Below, piece after piece: positions 1-12,747 of a DNA stretch of 64,000 nucleotides. Position numbers and translations under genes: made by a program. The notes beneath the pieces were generated by a model. The model ran no database searches. It was given only the letters and a program-made list of their open reading frames with translations, and was not told the origin of the DNA. Source of the stretch: an uncultured Methylophilaceae bacterium. Lineage in GTDB: Bacteria > Pseudomonadota > Gammaproteobacteria > Burkholderiales > Methylophilaceae. Position 1 is the stretch's first letter, and each line of letters opens with the position of its first letter. The DNA lies in assembly GCA_964470195.1 (NCBI GenBank), contig CAYYBG010000003.1, positions 9,012 to 73,011 on the forward strand. Direction: 5' to 3'.

Positions 1-361
1 TGCATACTGGCTGGCTAAAAGTGAAAAATTTAAAGAAGCAACCTTGTTGTTTACTAATTTATTGGAGAGCGCCACACCCACTCAAAAAGCGGCTATCCAA
101 CATAATATTGGCAATATCTACTTCTTACGTGGGATTGCCCTCAATGGGACCAATATGGAAGTAGGCAAAGAGACAGAATATTTGTTGCGGCAGGCCAAAA
201 CCATGTACCAACAGGCATTAAGACTGGATAACAGTGATTGGGGTACCAAGCATAATTTAGATCGATTGCTGATGGTATTACCCGGTACACCCACCCCTGG
301 CGTTGGTGAGTCTGATTCGCCAGGTCTGATTATGGGTAACATTCCGGTGGGATTGCCTTAA
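1..361 (+). CDS. TPR-like protein, 3' part (BatC/MxaK-like); the gene starts upstream of the window
   Basis: The reading frame is open from base 2 (AYWLAKSEKFKEATLLF...). It has helical TPR-like repeats (NIGNIYFLRG, YQQALRLD). Its stop overlaps the next start (TAATG at 359-363). Confidence 0.5.
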   Translation, partial: AYWLAKSEKFKEATLLFTNLLESATPTQKAAIQHNIGNIYFLRGIALNGTNMEVGKETEYLLRQAKTMYQQALRLDNSDWGTKHNLDRLLMVLPGTPTPGVGESDSPGLIMGNIPVGLP

Positions 362-1350
362 TGCTCGCTAAGATAAAACATTTTGTGGTTGTTTTGATTG
401 CTCGGCGTGATATTGCCATGCTGTCTTCTGCTGTCGTTTTACTTTTGACGGCAATGATTAACCCAAGCGTTCCTTTACCTCACAATATTTATACTTATAT
501 GTTTGTGGTAGATATCTCACAAAGTATGAATGTGAAAGATGCCATGTTAGACAATAAAAATGTCACACGTATGGAATTCACCAAACGCATGATGCATGAC
601 ATCACTGCTAATCTTCCTTGCGGCACTAAAGTGAGTATTGGTTTGTTCGCTGGGGTAAGCGTTGCAGCGCTGTATCAACCCATTGAGGTGTGCGCTAATT
701 ATGCTGCGATTCAAGACACTATTGATCACTTTGATTGGCGTATGGCTTGGTCAGGTAATAGTCGTTTGCGAGAGGGCTTGTTGGGGATTGCACGTACTCT
801 GCGCTCATTTCCTGAGCCTGCGCAAGTGGTGTTTTTTACTGATGGTGAAGAAGCCCCTAAATTACATGCGTTTAATACACGTGACTTAAGTAATTTTCAG
901 GGCGGCAATGGCTGGATATTGGCAGGAGTAGGTAGTCTTAAAGGCTCTCCTATCCCCAAATTAGATGATAAGAATCAACTCATAGGCTATTGGGCTAATG
1001 ATAGTTTTGCCATGCAACCCGGTATCGCGCAAATTTCAGAGGCTAATATTGGTATTCGTGATAACAATGTCGCCAGCTCAACCGGGGATCGCTATATCTC
1101 TCGTTTGCAGGAAGACTATATGAAAGAGTTAGCCAAGCTAGTCAACGCCACTTATGTCCGCGCTGATAGTTTGTCAAGTTTATTGTCCGCCATGCGCAAA
1201 CAACCACCAGCCAAAACCGATATTGCCCCCTTTTCGTTGCGCTGGGTGTTAGCCAGCTTAGCAGGTTTGCTAATTATCTTGGCTTATTTACCTAAACAAG
1301 CCTGGCGATTAATCCTCAACAGCAGAGTGAAACCTACACCTCGTGCTTAA
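361..1350 (+). CDS. von Willebrand factor A (VWA) domain membrane protein, BatB/MxaL-like
   Basis: N-terminal TM helix. MIDAS motif DxSxS (FVVDISQSMN). C-terminal TM helix (WVLASLAGLLIILAYL). Translationally coupled to the upstream TPR gene. Confidence 0.75.
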   Translation: MLAKIKHFVVVLIARRDIAMLSSAVVLLLTAMINPSVPLPHNIYTYMFVVDISQSMNVKDAMLDNKNVTRMEFTKRMMHDITANLPCGTKVSIGLFAGVSVAALYQPIEVCANYAAIQDTIDHFDWRMAWSGNSRLREGLLGIARTLRSFPEPAQVVFFTDGEEAPKLHAFNTRDLSNFQGGNGWILAGVGSLKGSPIPKLDDKNQLIGYWANDSFAMQPGIAQISEANIGIRDNNVASSTGDRYISRLQEDYMKELAKLVNATYVRADSLSSLLSAMRKQPPAKTDIAPFSLRWVLASLAGLLIILAYLPKQAWRLILNSRVKPTPRA

Positions 1351-1807
1351 TCGTCTTGGGCAATCTGCTCAGGCACTATGCCCCATAACAACCATACCCG
1401 CCATTGTCGAAACACATCAGCATCGCAAGCGTCTGACAAGATGATGAGATGATGCCATGAGCGACCCCATTTAGGGGGATGTATATTCAAAAACTGGTAG
1501 CGTAACAAGACAAAATGTAAAGTGACTACGCTGTCCGCATGCAATCTGATGGTACGTTGTTGTTGATCATTAAACAGCATGATTTGTTGTTGCTGAAGAC
1601 GCACACCCAGCCAAGTGTTAGCAGATTTTCGTAAAGCATGTTTGCTTAATGCATCCCAAGTCATCGCCATTACGCCCAAAGATATAAAAAATTGTGCCAG
1701 GTAAAAGATGGGAAGAAACCAAATCGAGATACCCCCCCTAAGCCAATGAGCAGTAAAATAATAGCTAAATAGCGCGAGGGTTTAAGTATGAGTGGCGCGA
1801 TTGTCAT
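1347..1807 (-). pseudogene. YgfX/CptA-like two-TM inner-membrane protein, interrupted by a frameshift at a G7 run (C7 on + at 1732-1738)
   Basis: ATG at 1807 gives MTIAPLILKPSRYLAIILLLIGLGG. The frame of ORF 1347..1679 is open back through the homopolymer and encodes a second TM (ISIWFLPIFYLAQFFISLGVMAM). One extra G would fuse the two parts into a 153-aa protein. The C-terminus (WHHLIILSDACDADVFRQWRVWLL) resembles E. coli YgfX (HLWLAADSMDEAEWRDLRRILL). The gene is divergent from ygfZ, as in E. coli. Confidence 0.55.
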
Positions 1808-1831
1808 GTTGATAGAAAGGATATTGTTATT

Positions 1832-2869
1832 GTGTTTCAACCACAAAATCTGATTGCGCTGGGCGCACAATACCAAGGCGATGTGCTATTGCATTATGGA
1901 CAGCCTCAACAAGAATTACAAGCCGCAATGCAAGGCAATGTTATCGTACATCTCAGTCATTTAGGCCTGATGCAGATTGAAGGTGATGACAGCCTTGACT
2001 TTCTGCAGGGTCAACTCACCAATGACGTCAGGTTATTAGACGGCCAGCATAGCCAATATGCAGGTTATTGCACTGCCAAGGGACGTATGTTGGCACTATT
2101 TTTAGCCTTTGCCCATGCTGGTCACTACCACCTGATGGCACCCAATGAGCAAATGGATGGACTAATCAAACGTCTACGTATGTATGTACTTCGTGCTCGG
2201 GTCAATATTCATGATAAGCGTGACGAAATTATAATTTTTGGCTTAGCTGGCAATCAAATTGCGACCCTATTAAACAGCATATTGGGCGATGGCATTCCTG
2301 ATCAGCCGCACACCATGCATACCTTTACTAATGCCACCGTATTGCGGCTAGCCAGCGAGCATCCGATGTACTTGTTATTCACCTCTGCTAGTCAATCTGA
2401 AGCTTTACTAACGGCACTATTAAGCTCACTAACCCCAGTCGGCAAGTCAGCATGGGATGCATTGAACATACAAGCGGGGTTGCCTCAAGTTGTTCAAGCT
2501 ACCCAAGAAGCATTTGTTCCGCAAATGCTCAATTTGGACGCACTGAACGGTATCAGTTTTAAAAAAGGCTGTTACACCGGTCAGGAAATCGTGGCACGCA
2601 CGCACTACTTGGGGACAGTAAAACGGCGTATGCAGATTGCTCACATCAATCGCGCATTACCAGTGTTGCCAGGCCAGACAATCACCTTGGCTGGCAGCAG
2701 CGAAGCAATTGGCATGGTAGTCAATGCAGCCCCTAATCTGCAGGGTGGAACGGATTTGTTAGTTGAAATTCGACTGGATCAACTTAGTCCAGAATCTCTT
2801 CAAGACAAACCAGTCATGTTCCAAGATCAGCTGATTCACTTTAAATCATTGCCCTATCCCCTGCCTTAA
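1832..2869 (+). CDS. ygfZ: folate-binding Fe-S cluster repair / tRNA-modifying protein YgfZ
   Basis: Hallmark KGCYTGQEIVAR motif and GcvT-like N-terminal region. GTG start with AAAGGA about 10 nt upstream. Confidence 0.85.
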   Translation: MFQPQNLIALGAQYQGDVLLHYGQPQQELQAAMQGNVIVHLSHLGLMQIEGDDSLDFLQGQLTNDVRLLDGQHSQYAGYCTAKGRMLALFLAFAHAGHYHLMAPNEQMDGLIKRLRMYVLRARVNIHDKRDEIIIFGLAGNQIATLLNSILGDGIPDQPHTMHTFTNATVLRLASEHPMYLLFTSASQSEALLTALLSSLTPVGKSAWDALNIQAGLPQVVQATQEAFVPQMLNLDALNGISFKKGCYTGQEIVARTHYLGTVKRRMQIAHINRALPVLPGQTITLAGSSEAIGMVVNAAPNLQGGTDLLVEIRLDQLSPESLQDKPVMFQDQLIHFKSLPYPLP

Positions 2870-2887
2870 AACTGGGAATAAGTCTGA

Positions 2888-3268
2888 TTAATGTTTTTTA
2901 GCCTTACGCTGAGGCACCACCCGCTTCGCCTCTTCGTCCGATTGGCTGACTAGATTGGTGACGCTATTTACCGGTTTTTGGCTTGGGCCAAGTTGAGTGG
3001 GATCTACCGTTTGGTAAAATACTTCGTCTTGTTTGACCATACCCAACTCAACTCGAGCTCGCTCTTCAATGGCAGTTACCCCTTGTTTTAAATCACGCAC
3101 TTCTTCATCTAGTTGTTGGTTGCGTTGTTTGAGTGTGTCATTGAAAGATTTTTGCTCATCAATTTGATGACTTAACTCCCAGACCTTTAGCCAGCTGCCT
3201 TTGCCTAGCCACAATGGATATTGCAGCAAGGCAATCAGCACAACAAAGATTAAGGTCAGAGATTTCAA
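2888..3268 (-). CDS. ftsB: cell division protein FtsB
   Basis: N-terminal TM followed by a coiled coil (LIALLQYPLWLGKGSW...). It sits directly downstream of eno, as in the conserved kdsA-eno-ftsB block. Confidence 0.85.
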   Translation of the reverse strand: MKSLTLIFVVLIALLQYPLWLGKGSWLKVWELSHQIDEQKSFNDTLKQRNQQLDEEVRDLKQGVTAIEERARVELGMVKQDEVFYQTVDPTQLGPSQKPVNSVTNLVSQSDEEAKRVVPQRKAKKH

Positions 3269-3270
3269 GA

Positions 3271-4566
<1,296 letters not shown>

Positions 4567-4592
4567 TCAACTATCTATTTTGTTCTAAAAAT

Positions 4593-7111
<2,519 letters not shown>

Positions 7112-7181
7112 CTATTTTACTTTAAAGCACCCTTAGCGAAAACCAGTTTTAAAAAATATCCGGCTGAGATTATGTCAGGGC

Positions 7182-7207
7182 AAAAAAAAAGGCGAGCTAG
7201 GCTCGCC
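7182..7207 (-). terminator. rho-independent terminator downstream of the DUF465 gene
   Basis: On the minus strand: GGCGAGC-cta-GCTCGCC followed by T9. Confidence 0.6.
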
Positions 7208-7334
7208 ATGAGAGGGCATCACTTAGTGATACCATTGGAGGTAATACAAGGAGATAACTTATAGAGAACAAGTTACGTTGGCTATTAAACCACTACCTTG
7301 TAAACAAAATATTTCGGTTTGTAACTTTTTTGTT

Positions 7335-7562
7335 TCAAACACTTAAAGATTGACTATGTTTTAGCAAAATTTGATAAATTCCATCTTTTAATAGCAGTTT
7401 TTCTTTCTTCATTTGCTCAATTTGTTCATGGCTGGCATGCGCAATATTCAACTCCAGATTTTTAATCTGTTGGTCTAATTGATTATGCTTATCGAACAAA
7501 TGTTTAAAATACAAGTCTGTGTTTTTTAATTGACTTATTAAATCTCGGTATTCTGGAAACAT
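7335..7562 (-). CDS. DUF465 (YdcH-like) small coiled-coil protein
   Basis: MFPEYRDLISQLKNTD..HF..L..KH..LD..I is the typical DUF465 pattern. I chose the ATG at 7562 (AAAGGG upstream) rather than the longer track ORF. Confidence 0.7.
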   Translation of the reverse strand: MFPEYRDLISQLKNTDLYFKHLFDKHNQLDQQIKNLELNIAHASHEQIEQMKKEKLLLKDGIYQILLKHSQSLSV

Positions 7563-7675
7563 GACTCGCCCTTTCGTGAAATTCAAGCCAAAAGTTGGTT
7601 TTCAATATAGTGAGCTCATTTTGCCTGAGTTAGTACACCATTTATTGACCTATATCAAGCAACCGACAAACCCTA

Positions 7676-9172
7676 TTGAGCGATAAAAATGACGCTTTAA
7701 CTTACATAAAAGGAAAGTTTGATTTGTCTTCAACCTGGAATTTCGACAATAGCTATTTAAGCTTACCCAAAATATTTTATGTCAAACAAGCACCCACGCC
7801 AGTGCGTCAGCCAAGGATGGTATATTTTAATAGCGAATTGGCAAGACAATTAGATTTGTCACTCTTAGCTGAACAGCTCGAGGATACAACGCAAATCTTA
7901 GCAGGCAATCGAATTGCCAATGGTGCTGAGCCGATTGCCCAGGCTTATGCGGGTCATCAATTCGGTCACTTTAATATGCTGGGGGACGGACGTGCCATCT
8001 TGCTGGGTGAGCATATTACCAGCCAACATCAGCGTGTAGATATTCAACTCAAAGGGGCTGGCATCACTGCGTTTTCTCGTAACGGCGATGGCCGTGCGGC
8101 TTTAGGTCCCATGTTGAGAGAGCTGATCATCAGTGAAGCCATGGCAGCTCTCAATATACCCACAACAAGAAGCCTAGCAGTAGTCGCCACAGGCGAGCCG
8201 GTATACCGGACAGAGCCACTAAAGGGAGCAATTCTCACCCGCGTAGCCAAAAGCCACATTCGTGTTGGGACTTTTGAATATGCGTTGTTACGCAATCAAA
8301 AACAGGACTTGCAGGCGCTGGCAGACTACACTATACAACGCCACTATCCCCAAGCCGCTCAGCAAGCCAACCCTTATCTGGCATTACTCAATGAAGTGAT
8401 GCTGAAACAAGCCGAACTGATTGCCTTATGGATGTCAGTTGGATTTATTCATGGCGTGATGAATACCGACAACATGAGTATCGCTGGAGAAACCATAGAT
8501 TATGGCCCATGCGCCTTTATGAACCGATATGACCCTGATACTGTATTCAGCTCAATCGACTCTGGTGGTCGATATGCTTATGCCCAACAAGCCAAAATCG
8601 CACAATGGAATCTATTACGGTTTGCCGAGACTTTGTTACCCTTAATTGATGACGAACAATCGCATGCGATTACGCTTGCGGTCGAATTGTTAGAGCAATT
8701 CCCTAAAATTTATGAGGACGCATGGTTAATTAAGTTTGGCAAAAAGTTGGGCATACAACAAGTGCAAGCAGAGGACCAAGCTCTGATACAGCAGCTACTA
8801 CACATGATGCACGCCACACAGAGCGACTTTACCAACACTTTCAGAGCGTTAGCGGAAAATAACGTGCATCAACAAGCGCTATTTGGGCATCAGCAATTTC
8901 AACCATGGTTTGCTCAATGGCAACACAGACTGCAACAACAAAACCACAGTCCAGCGCATATTCAGCAGTGCATGTTGCAAATAAATCCGGCAGTGATTGC
9001 AAGAAATCACTTGGTGGAAGAGGCCTTAACAGCCGCGCAAGAGCAAGATGATACTCAAGCTTTGCAACGCTTACTCGAGGTGCTTAGCACGCCATACGAC
9101 CCGCCAAGCAATCCTCTATTCCAGATGCCGCCTTTATCAGAACAAGGTTATAGAACTTTCTGCGGTACCTAG
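7676..9172 (+). CDS. selO: protein adenylyl/UMP-transferase SelO (YdiU, UPF0061)
   Basis: AQAYAGHQFGHFNMLGDGRAILLGE, HGVMNTDNMSI, and a C-terminal FCGT Cys. The TTG start is uncertain. Confidence 0.9.
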   Translation: MSDKNDALTYIKGKFDLSSTWNFDNSYLSLPKIFYVKQAPTPVRQPRMVYFNSELARQLDLSLLAEQLEDTTQILAGNRIANGAEPIAQAYAGHQFGHFNMLGDGRAILLGEHITSQHQRVDIQLKGAGITAFSRNGDGRAALGPMLRELIISEAMAALNIPTTRSLAVVATGEPVYRTEPLKGAILTRVAKSHIRVGTFEYALLRNQKQDLQALADYTIQRHYPQAAQQANPYLALLNEVMLKQAELIALWMSVGFIHGVMNTDNMSIAGETIDYGPCAFMNRYDPDTVFSSIDSGGRYAYAQQAKIAQWNLLRFAETLLPLIDDEQSHAITLAVELLEQFPKIYEDAWLIKFGKKLGIQQVQAEDQALIQQLLHMMHATQSDFTNTFRALAENNVHQQALFGHQQFQPWFAQWQHRLQQQNHSPAHIQQCMLQINPAVIARNHLVEEALTAAQEQDDTQALQRLLEVLSTPYDPPSNPLFQMPPLSEQGYRTFCGT

Positions 9173-9188
9173 CCCGCCGTTGAAAACA

Positions 9189-9911
9189 CTATTGGCTACA
9201 GCGACTATCAATCTGTTTGCTCAAACTAATAAAGCTATCCATCGCGCCTGCAGCCACGGAATATGGCTGTGAGCGTATAAACTCGACTAATTCTTTTTGT
9301 CTGGGACTAAGTACTTTTTCTAGCTCCAATACACGGCAAGCACAGGCATCATCGGAAAATTTTCCGCTAGCACGACATGATGATTGCTCACTGGATTTGA
9401 GCTCGTTGGGCCAGGGAATGCTATTGCTAGTTTGCCCAGTGACATTGATACGGATTTGCGCGAGTAACTGGTAGGTATACTCCAAATTGTTGTGTAATTG
9501 CCGCAACGCAAAATTATCACCGTTGTCAGGGACAACTTTCGCATTATCCAATTGGTATGAAAAAGCCAAGTTTTGTTTGGTTTGTTCGAGCATGGCATAA
9601 CCTTGCGCCGCTAGCAAAATGCGTTTTGCTGGATTTTGCTGCATATACTGCTCTGCCTCTTGCAAATCTTTCTCAGATAATTGCAAAGTCAATTGCGCTT
9701 CACAACCTTGTCCATGGCTTTGTGCAGAGACCCAATCCAGTTTAATAGCACCATCCTGCCAAGCATGGTGGAAAGTAGGGGCATTTTTAAGCAAGATTTC
9801 AGATTCTAATTGAATGACTTGTTGTCTTATCTGGTCTGATTCACAGGCCATTAAGTGATTGGAAATCAACGATATCAAAATAATGAAGCCAATTACACGT
9901 AACATACGCAT
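9189..9911 (-). CDS. hypothetical lipoprotein
   Basis: Signal peptide with lipobox (ISNHLMAC). I recognised no family. The C-terminus is Cys-rich. Confidence 0.55.
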   Translation of the reverse strand: MRMLRVIGFIILISLISNHLMACESDQIRQQVIQLESEILLKNAPTFHHAWQDGAIKLDWVSAQSHGQGCEAQLTLQLSEKDLQEAEQYMQQNPAKRILLAAQGYAMLEQTKQNLAFSYQLDNAKVVPDNGDNFALRQLHNNLEYTYQLLAQIRINVTGQTSNSIPWPNELKSSEQSSCRASGKFSDDACACRVLELEKVLSPRQKELVEFIRSQPYSVAAGAMDSFISLSKQIDSRCSQ

Positions 9912-9998
9912 CTCTCATCAATATAATAGTCTGGCAATAGGCAAGCGCAGAAGGGAATAGTTCCTAGTAATGCCAGAATTGAGGGCGTTGCTCAGTAT

Positions 9999-10640
9999 TT
10001 ATTGCTGAATAATTTTGCCTTGCGCCACACTTATCACCTGATCAGCCAGCTGACTTAGTTCGCTTTCATCATGGCTGACAATCATCATAGGTAAATGAAT
10101 ATGTTGTTTAATTTGTAGCAAAAATGGAATGATTTGTTGTTTTAAGGAACGATCCAAAGAGGATAATGGTTCGTCTAGTAATAATAACTGTGGCGACATC
10201 AGCAAAGCGCGCCCGAGTGCAACGCGTTGCGCCTCTCCTCCAGACAATTGATGTGGGTGGCGCTTCAGTAAGTTAGCGAGTTGCAACAATTGTGTCACCT
10301 CATCCATAGAAAAACGTCTTTCCTGCATGGGCAATAAGTGCAAACCATAATTTAAGTTTTGTGCCACATTAAGATGAGGAAACAGGCGCAGATCTTGAAA
10401 AACCATGCCAACTCGGCGTTGATATGGGGCTAAGCAGATCCCCTGCTGACTGGAATAAAAAATCCGCTGATTGAATTCAATGCACCCCCTGCTCGGCTTC
10501 AGTAATCCATTGATTAAATTTAATAAGCTGGACTTCCCTGAGCCAGATGGTCCGATCACCCCTAATACTTGACCTTGCCAATCCAATTGCGCACGCAAGT
10601 GAAAATCGGCACGAGAAAATTCCAGATCTAGTCTCAACAT
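9999..10640 (-). CDS. ModC-like ABC transporter ATP-binding protein (short form, no TOBE domain)
   Basis: Walker A GPSGSGKS, signature LSGGEAQR, Walker B LLLLDEP. The segment QRRVGMVFQDLRLFPHLNV is ModC-like. 1-nt overlap with the permease gene. Confidence 0.75.
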   Translation of the reverse strand: MLRLDLEFSRADFHLRAQLDWQGQVLGVIGPSGSGKSSLLNLINGLLKPSRGCIEFNQRIFYSSQQGICLAPYQRRVGMVFQDLRLFPHLNVAQNLNYGLHLLPMQERRFSMDEVTQLLQLANLLKRHPHQLSGGEAQRVALGRALLMSPQLLLLDEPLSSLDRSLKQQIIPFLLQIKQHIHLPMMIVSHDESELSQLADQVISVAQGKIIQQ

Positions 10641-11341
10641 CAGCGCCCCACTCTTTTTTGCATCCAGCGTTCACAAAGATTACTTGCCAACAATGCCAGA
10701 AAAGAAATCAATACACATAAAATTACCAAACGCATGGCAATCATCTCACCCCCGGGCATTTGTGTATAATTGTAAATCGCCAAAGGCAAAGTACGCGTCT
10801 CGCCCTCAATATTCCCAACAAAAGTGATCGTGGCACCAAACTCGCCCAAACTTCGGCTAAACGCTAGAATAAATCCTGTCAGTACGCCAGGTAAGGCCAA
10901 AGGCAAACTAATACTGAAAAAAGTCTTGAAAGGTTGAGCGCCTAATGTGCTAGCCGCCTGCTCAAGACCTACATCAATTTGGCTAAAAGATAATCTCACT
11001 GAACGTACCATCAGAGGGAAAGCCATGATGGCAGAAGCAATGACAGCTCCTATCCAAGTAAAAGCCAAGCTAATCCCAAAATATTGATATAACAAGGCGC
11101 CTATCCAACCTTGCTTGCCAAATAGACTCAATAGAATAAAACCAGGGACAACGGGAGGAAGAATCATGGGGATATGCACCAAGCCATCAAGCAAGGATTT
11201 AGCTACAAACTCTTTGCGTGCCAACAACCAGGCAATATAGATAGCAGGCAAGCTAATCAGCAAGGCGCAACAGCTAGCTACCTTAACCGATAGTACAATG
11301 GCCTGAATCTCAGCAGGCGTGATATCAAAAACAACACTCAT
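10640..11341 (-). CDS. modB: molybdate/tungstate-type ABC transporter permease
   Basis: ModB signature (FSRSLGEFGATITFVGNI.GET.TLPLAIY). Start moved to the ATG at 11341, which has GAGG 6 nt upstream. Confidence 0.85.
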   Translation of the reverse strand: MSVVFDITPAEIQAIVLSVKVASCCALLISLPAIYIAWLLARKEFVAKSLLDGLVHIPMILPPVVPGFILLSLFGKQGWIGALLYQYFGISLAFTWIGAVIASAIMAFPLMVRSVRLSFSQIDVGLEQAASTLGAQPFKTFFSISLPLALPGVLTGFILAFSRSLGEFGATITFVGNIEGETRTLPLAIYNYTQMPGGEMIAMRLVILCVLISFLALLASNLCERWMQKRVGR

Positions 11342-11523
11342 GGCAACCTCGTTGAAACGGCTGGCTAGATTATCATGATTTAGCATGTACATTTTGTTTA
11401 CATTCATGAAAATCATGAGCTGTATTTAATGAAGCACAATAAGGGATACGGGGAACGAATGTGTAAAATCATCATCAGAGATTGTAACAACAGCATATCG
11501 CTGTTAACTTAAAGGAGATTGAT

Positions 11524-11595
11524 ATGTGGACTAAACCAACAGCTACTGAAATGCGTTTTGGCTTTGAAGTGACCATGTACGTCATGAACAAGTAA
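11524..11595 (+). CDS. pqqA: PQQ precursor peptide PqqA (copy 1)
   Basis: 23-aa ORF MWTKPTATEMRFGFEVTMYVMNK with the conserved E-x-x-x-Y (EVTMY). AAGGAG Shine-Dalgarno upstream. Confidence 0.9.
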   Translation: MWTKPTATEMRFGFEVTMYVMNK

Positions 11596-11705
11596 TTCAT
11601 CCAAGACATCATGAAATATCGTCAACAACATAACATAGGCTGGTTCAAACATGTATATGGATGTACCTGCCCAATTTGTTCTTCATCAATTAAAGGAGTA
11701 TGACC

Positions 11706-11777
11706 ATGTGGACTAAACCAGCTGCTACTGAAATGCGTTTCGGCTTTGAAGTTACTATGTACGTTATGAACAAGTAA
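11706..11777 (+). CDS. pqqA: PQQ precursor peptide PqqA (copy 2)
   Basis: 23-aa ORF MWTKPAATEMRFGFEVTMYVMNK. AAGGAG Shine-Dalgarno upstream. 6 of 72 nt differ from copy 1, and 4 of those are synonymous. Confidence 0.9.
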   Translation: MWTKPAATEMRFGFEVTMYVMNK

Positions 11778-11799
11778 TCTTTAAAGAACTACATCAAAA

Positions 11800-11822
11800 G
11801 GGAGCTACAGCTCCCTTTTTTT
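11800..11822 (+). terminator. rho-independent terminator after pqqA copy 2
   Basis: GGGAGC-taca-GCTCCC followed by T7. Confidence 0.7.
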
Positions 11823-11912
11823 ATGCTTTGAGTGAACGAATAGATTTAACAGACGCTCTATGAAGCAAGCATCCTTAAATTTTAATCAAGTTACTATTTT
11901 TCAAGCGTAATC

Positions 11913-12104
11913 ATGCAAGACGAGAACGAAATAATTTGTCCATGTAGCGGCACCACCCGCAAAAAGGTCATCAGCTTATTTCAACAAGGCATGGATGTCG
12001 AAGCGATATCTAGATATACCGGCGCGATATCAGGCTGCGGTGGTTGCGAATGGGATATCGCTGATTCGATCAGACAATATCAAGAAAGTCAGACGTCCAA
12101 CTAA
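11913..12104 (+). CDS. BFD-like [2Fe-2S]-binding protein
   Basis: 63 aa with Cys pattern C-x-C...C-x-x-C (ICPCSG ... GCGGCEW), as in bacterioferritin-associated ferredoxin. Confidence 0.7.
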   Translation: MQDENEIICPCSGTTRKKVISLFQQGMDVEAISRYTGAISGCGGCEWDIADSIRQYQESQTSN

Positions 12105-12649
12105 GCCTGAAAATCAGATTCACCTAAATCAGCATTGCGTCGAAAATGACAGGTATAGCCATCTGGCACTTTCATTAAGTATTTTTGATGTTTTTCCTCA
12201 GCTGGATAAAAACCATTAAAGCTACTAAGTTGAGTGACGACTGGGGCACCCCACTGATTAGAGGCATTGACAGCAGCGATCACTGATTCGGCAGTTTTGC
12301 GTTGCTCAGCATTCAAATAAAAAATGGCAGAGCGGTATTGGCTTCCAAGGTCATTTCCTTGCTGATTTAGAGTGGTGGGATTGTGAATGCGAAAAAATTC
12401 AAATAACAGATGCGCTAAACTCAGCTGACTTGTATCAAAATCTACACGCAAGGTTTCGGCATGGCCTGTCGTACCAGTAGTCACCTCTCGATATGACACA
12501 TTGGCAATATGCCCTCCAGAAAAACCCACTTGAGTGCTCACGACACCAGGAATATGTCTAAATAACTCCTCCATACCCCAATAACAACCACCTGCAAGAT
12601 AAATAGTTTGAATTGAATCGGACAAAGTGCAACCTTTCAAAAAAGTCAT
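12101..12649 (-). CDS. msrA: peptide-methionine (S)-S-oxide reductase
   Basis: GGCYWGMEELF active-site motif, plus GHAE and QGND.G.QYRS. Confidence 0.92.
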   Translation of the reverse strand: MTFLKGCTLSDSIQTIYLAGGCYWGMEELFRHIPGVVSTQVGFSGGHIANVSYREVTTGTTGHAETLRVDFDTSQLSLAHLLFEFFRIHNPTTLNQQGNDLGSQYRSAIFYLNAEQRKTAESVIAAVNASNQWGAPVVTQLSSFNGFYPAEEKHQKYLMKVPDGYTCHFRRNADLGESDFQA

Positions 12650-12747
12650 CTAATACAGACAACATCATGCCGACCAGCATAGAGCCCAAAGTCAGCGGAA
12701 TAGTTCAAGTTAAAATAACAACGCTCAGACACTAATTGCAGTATGGC

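Noticed and set aside
11342-11523. A possible Moco riboswitch in the modB 5' leader.
   Set aside because: The leader is AT-rich and lacks the conserved GC-rich Moco-motif helices. Only a small AACAGC/GCTGTT hairpin is present.
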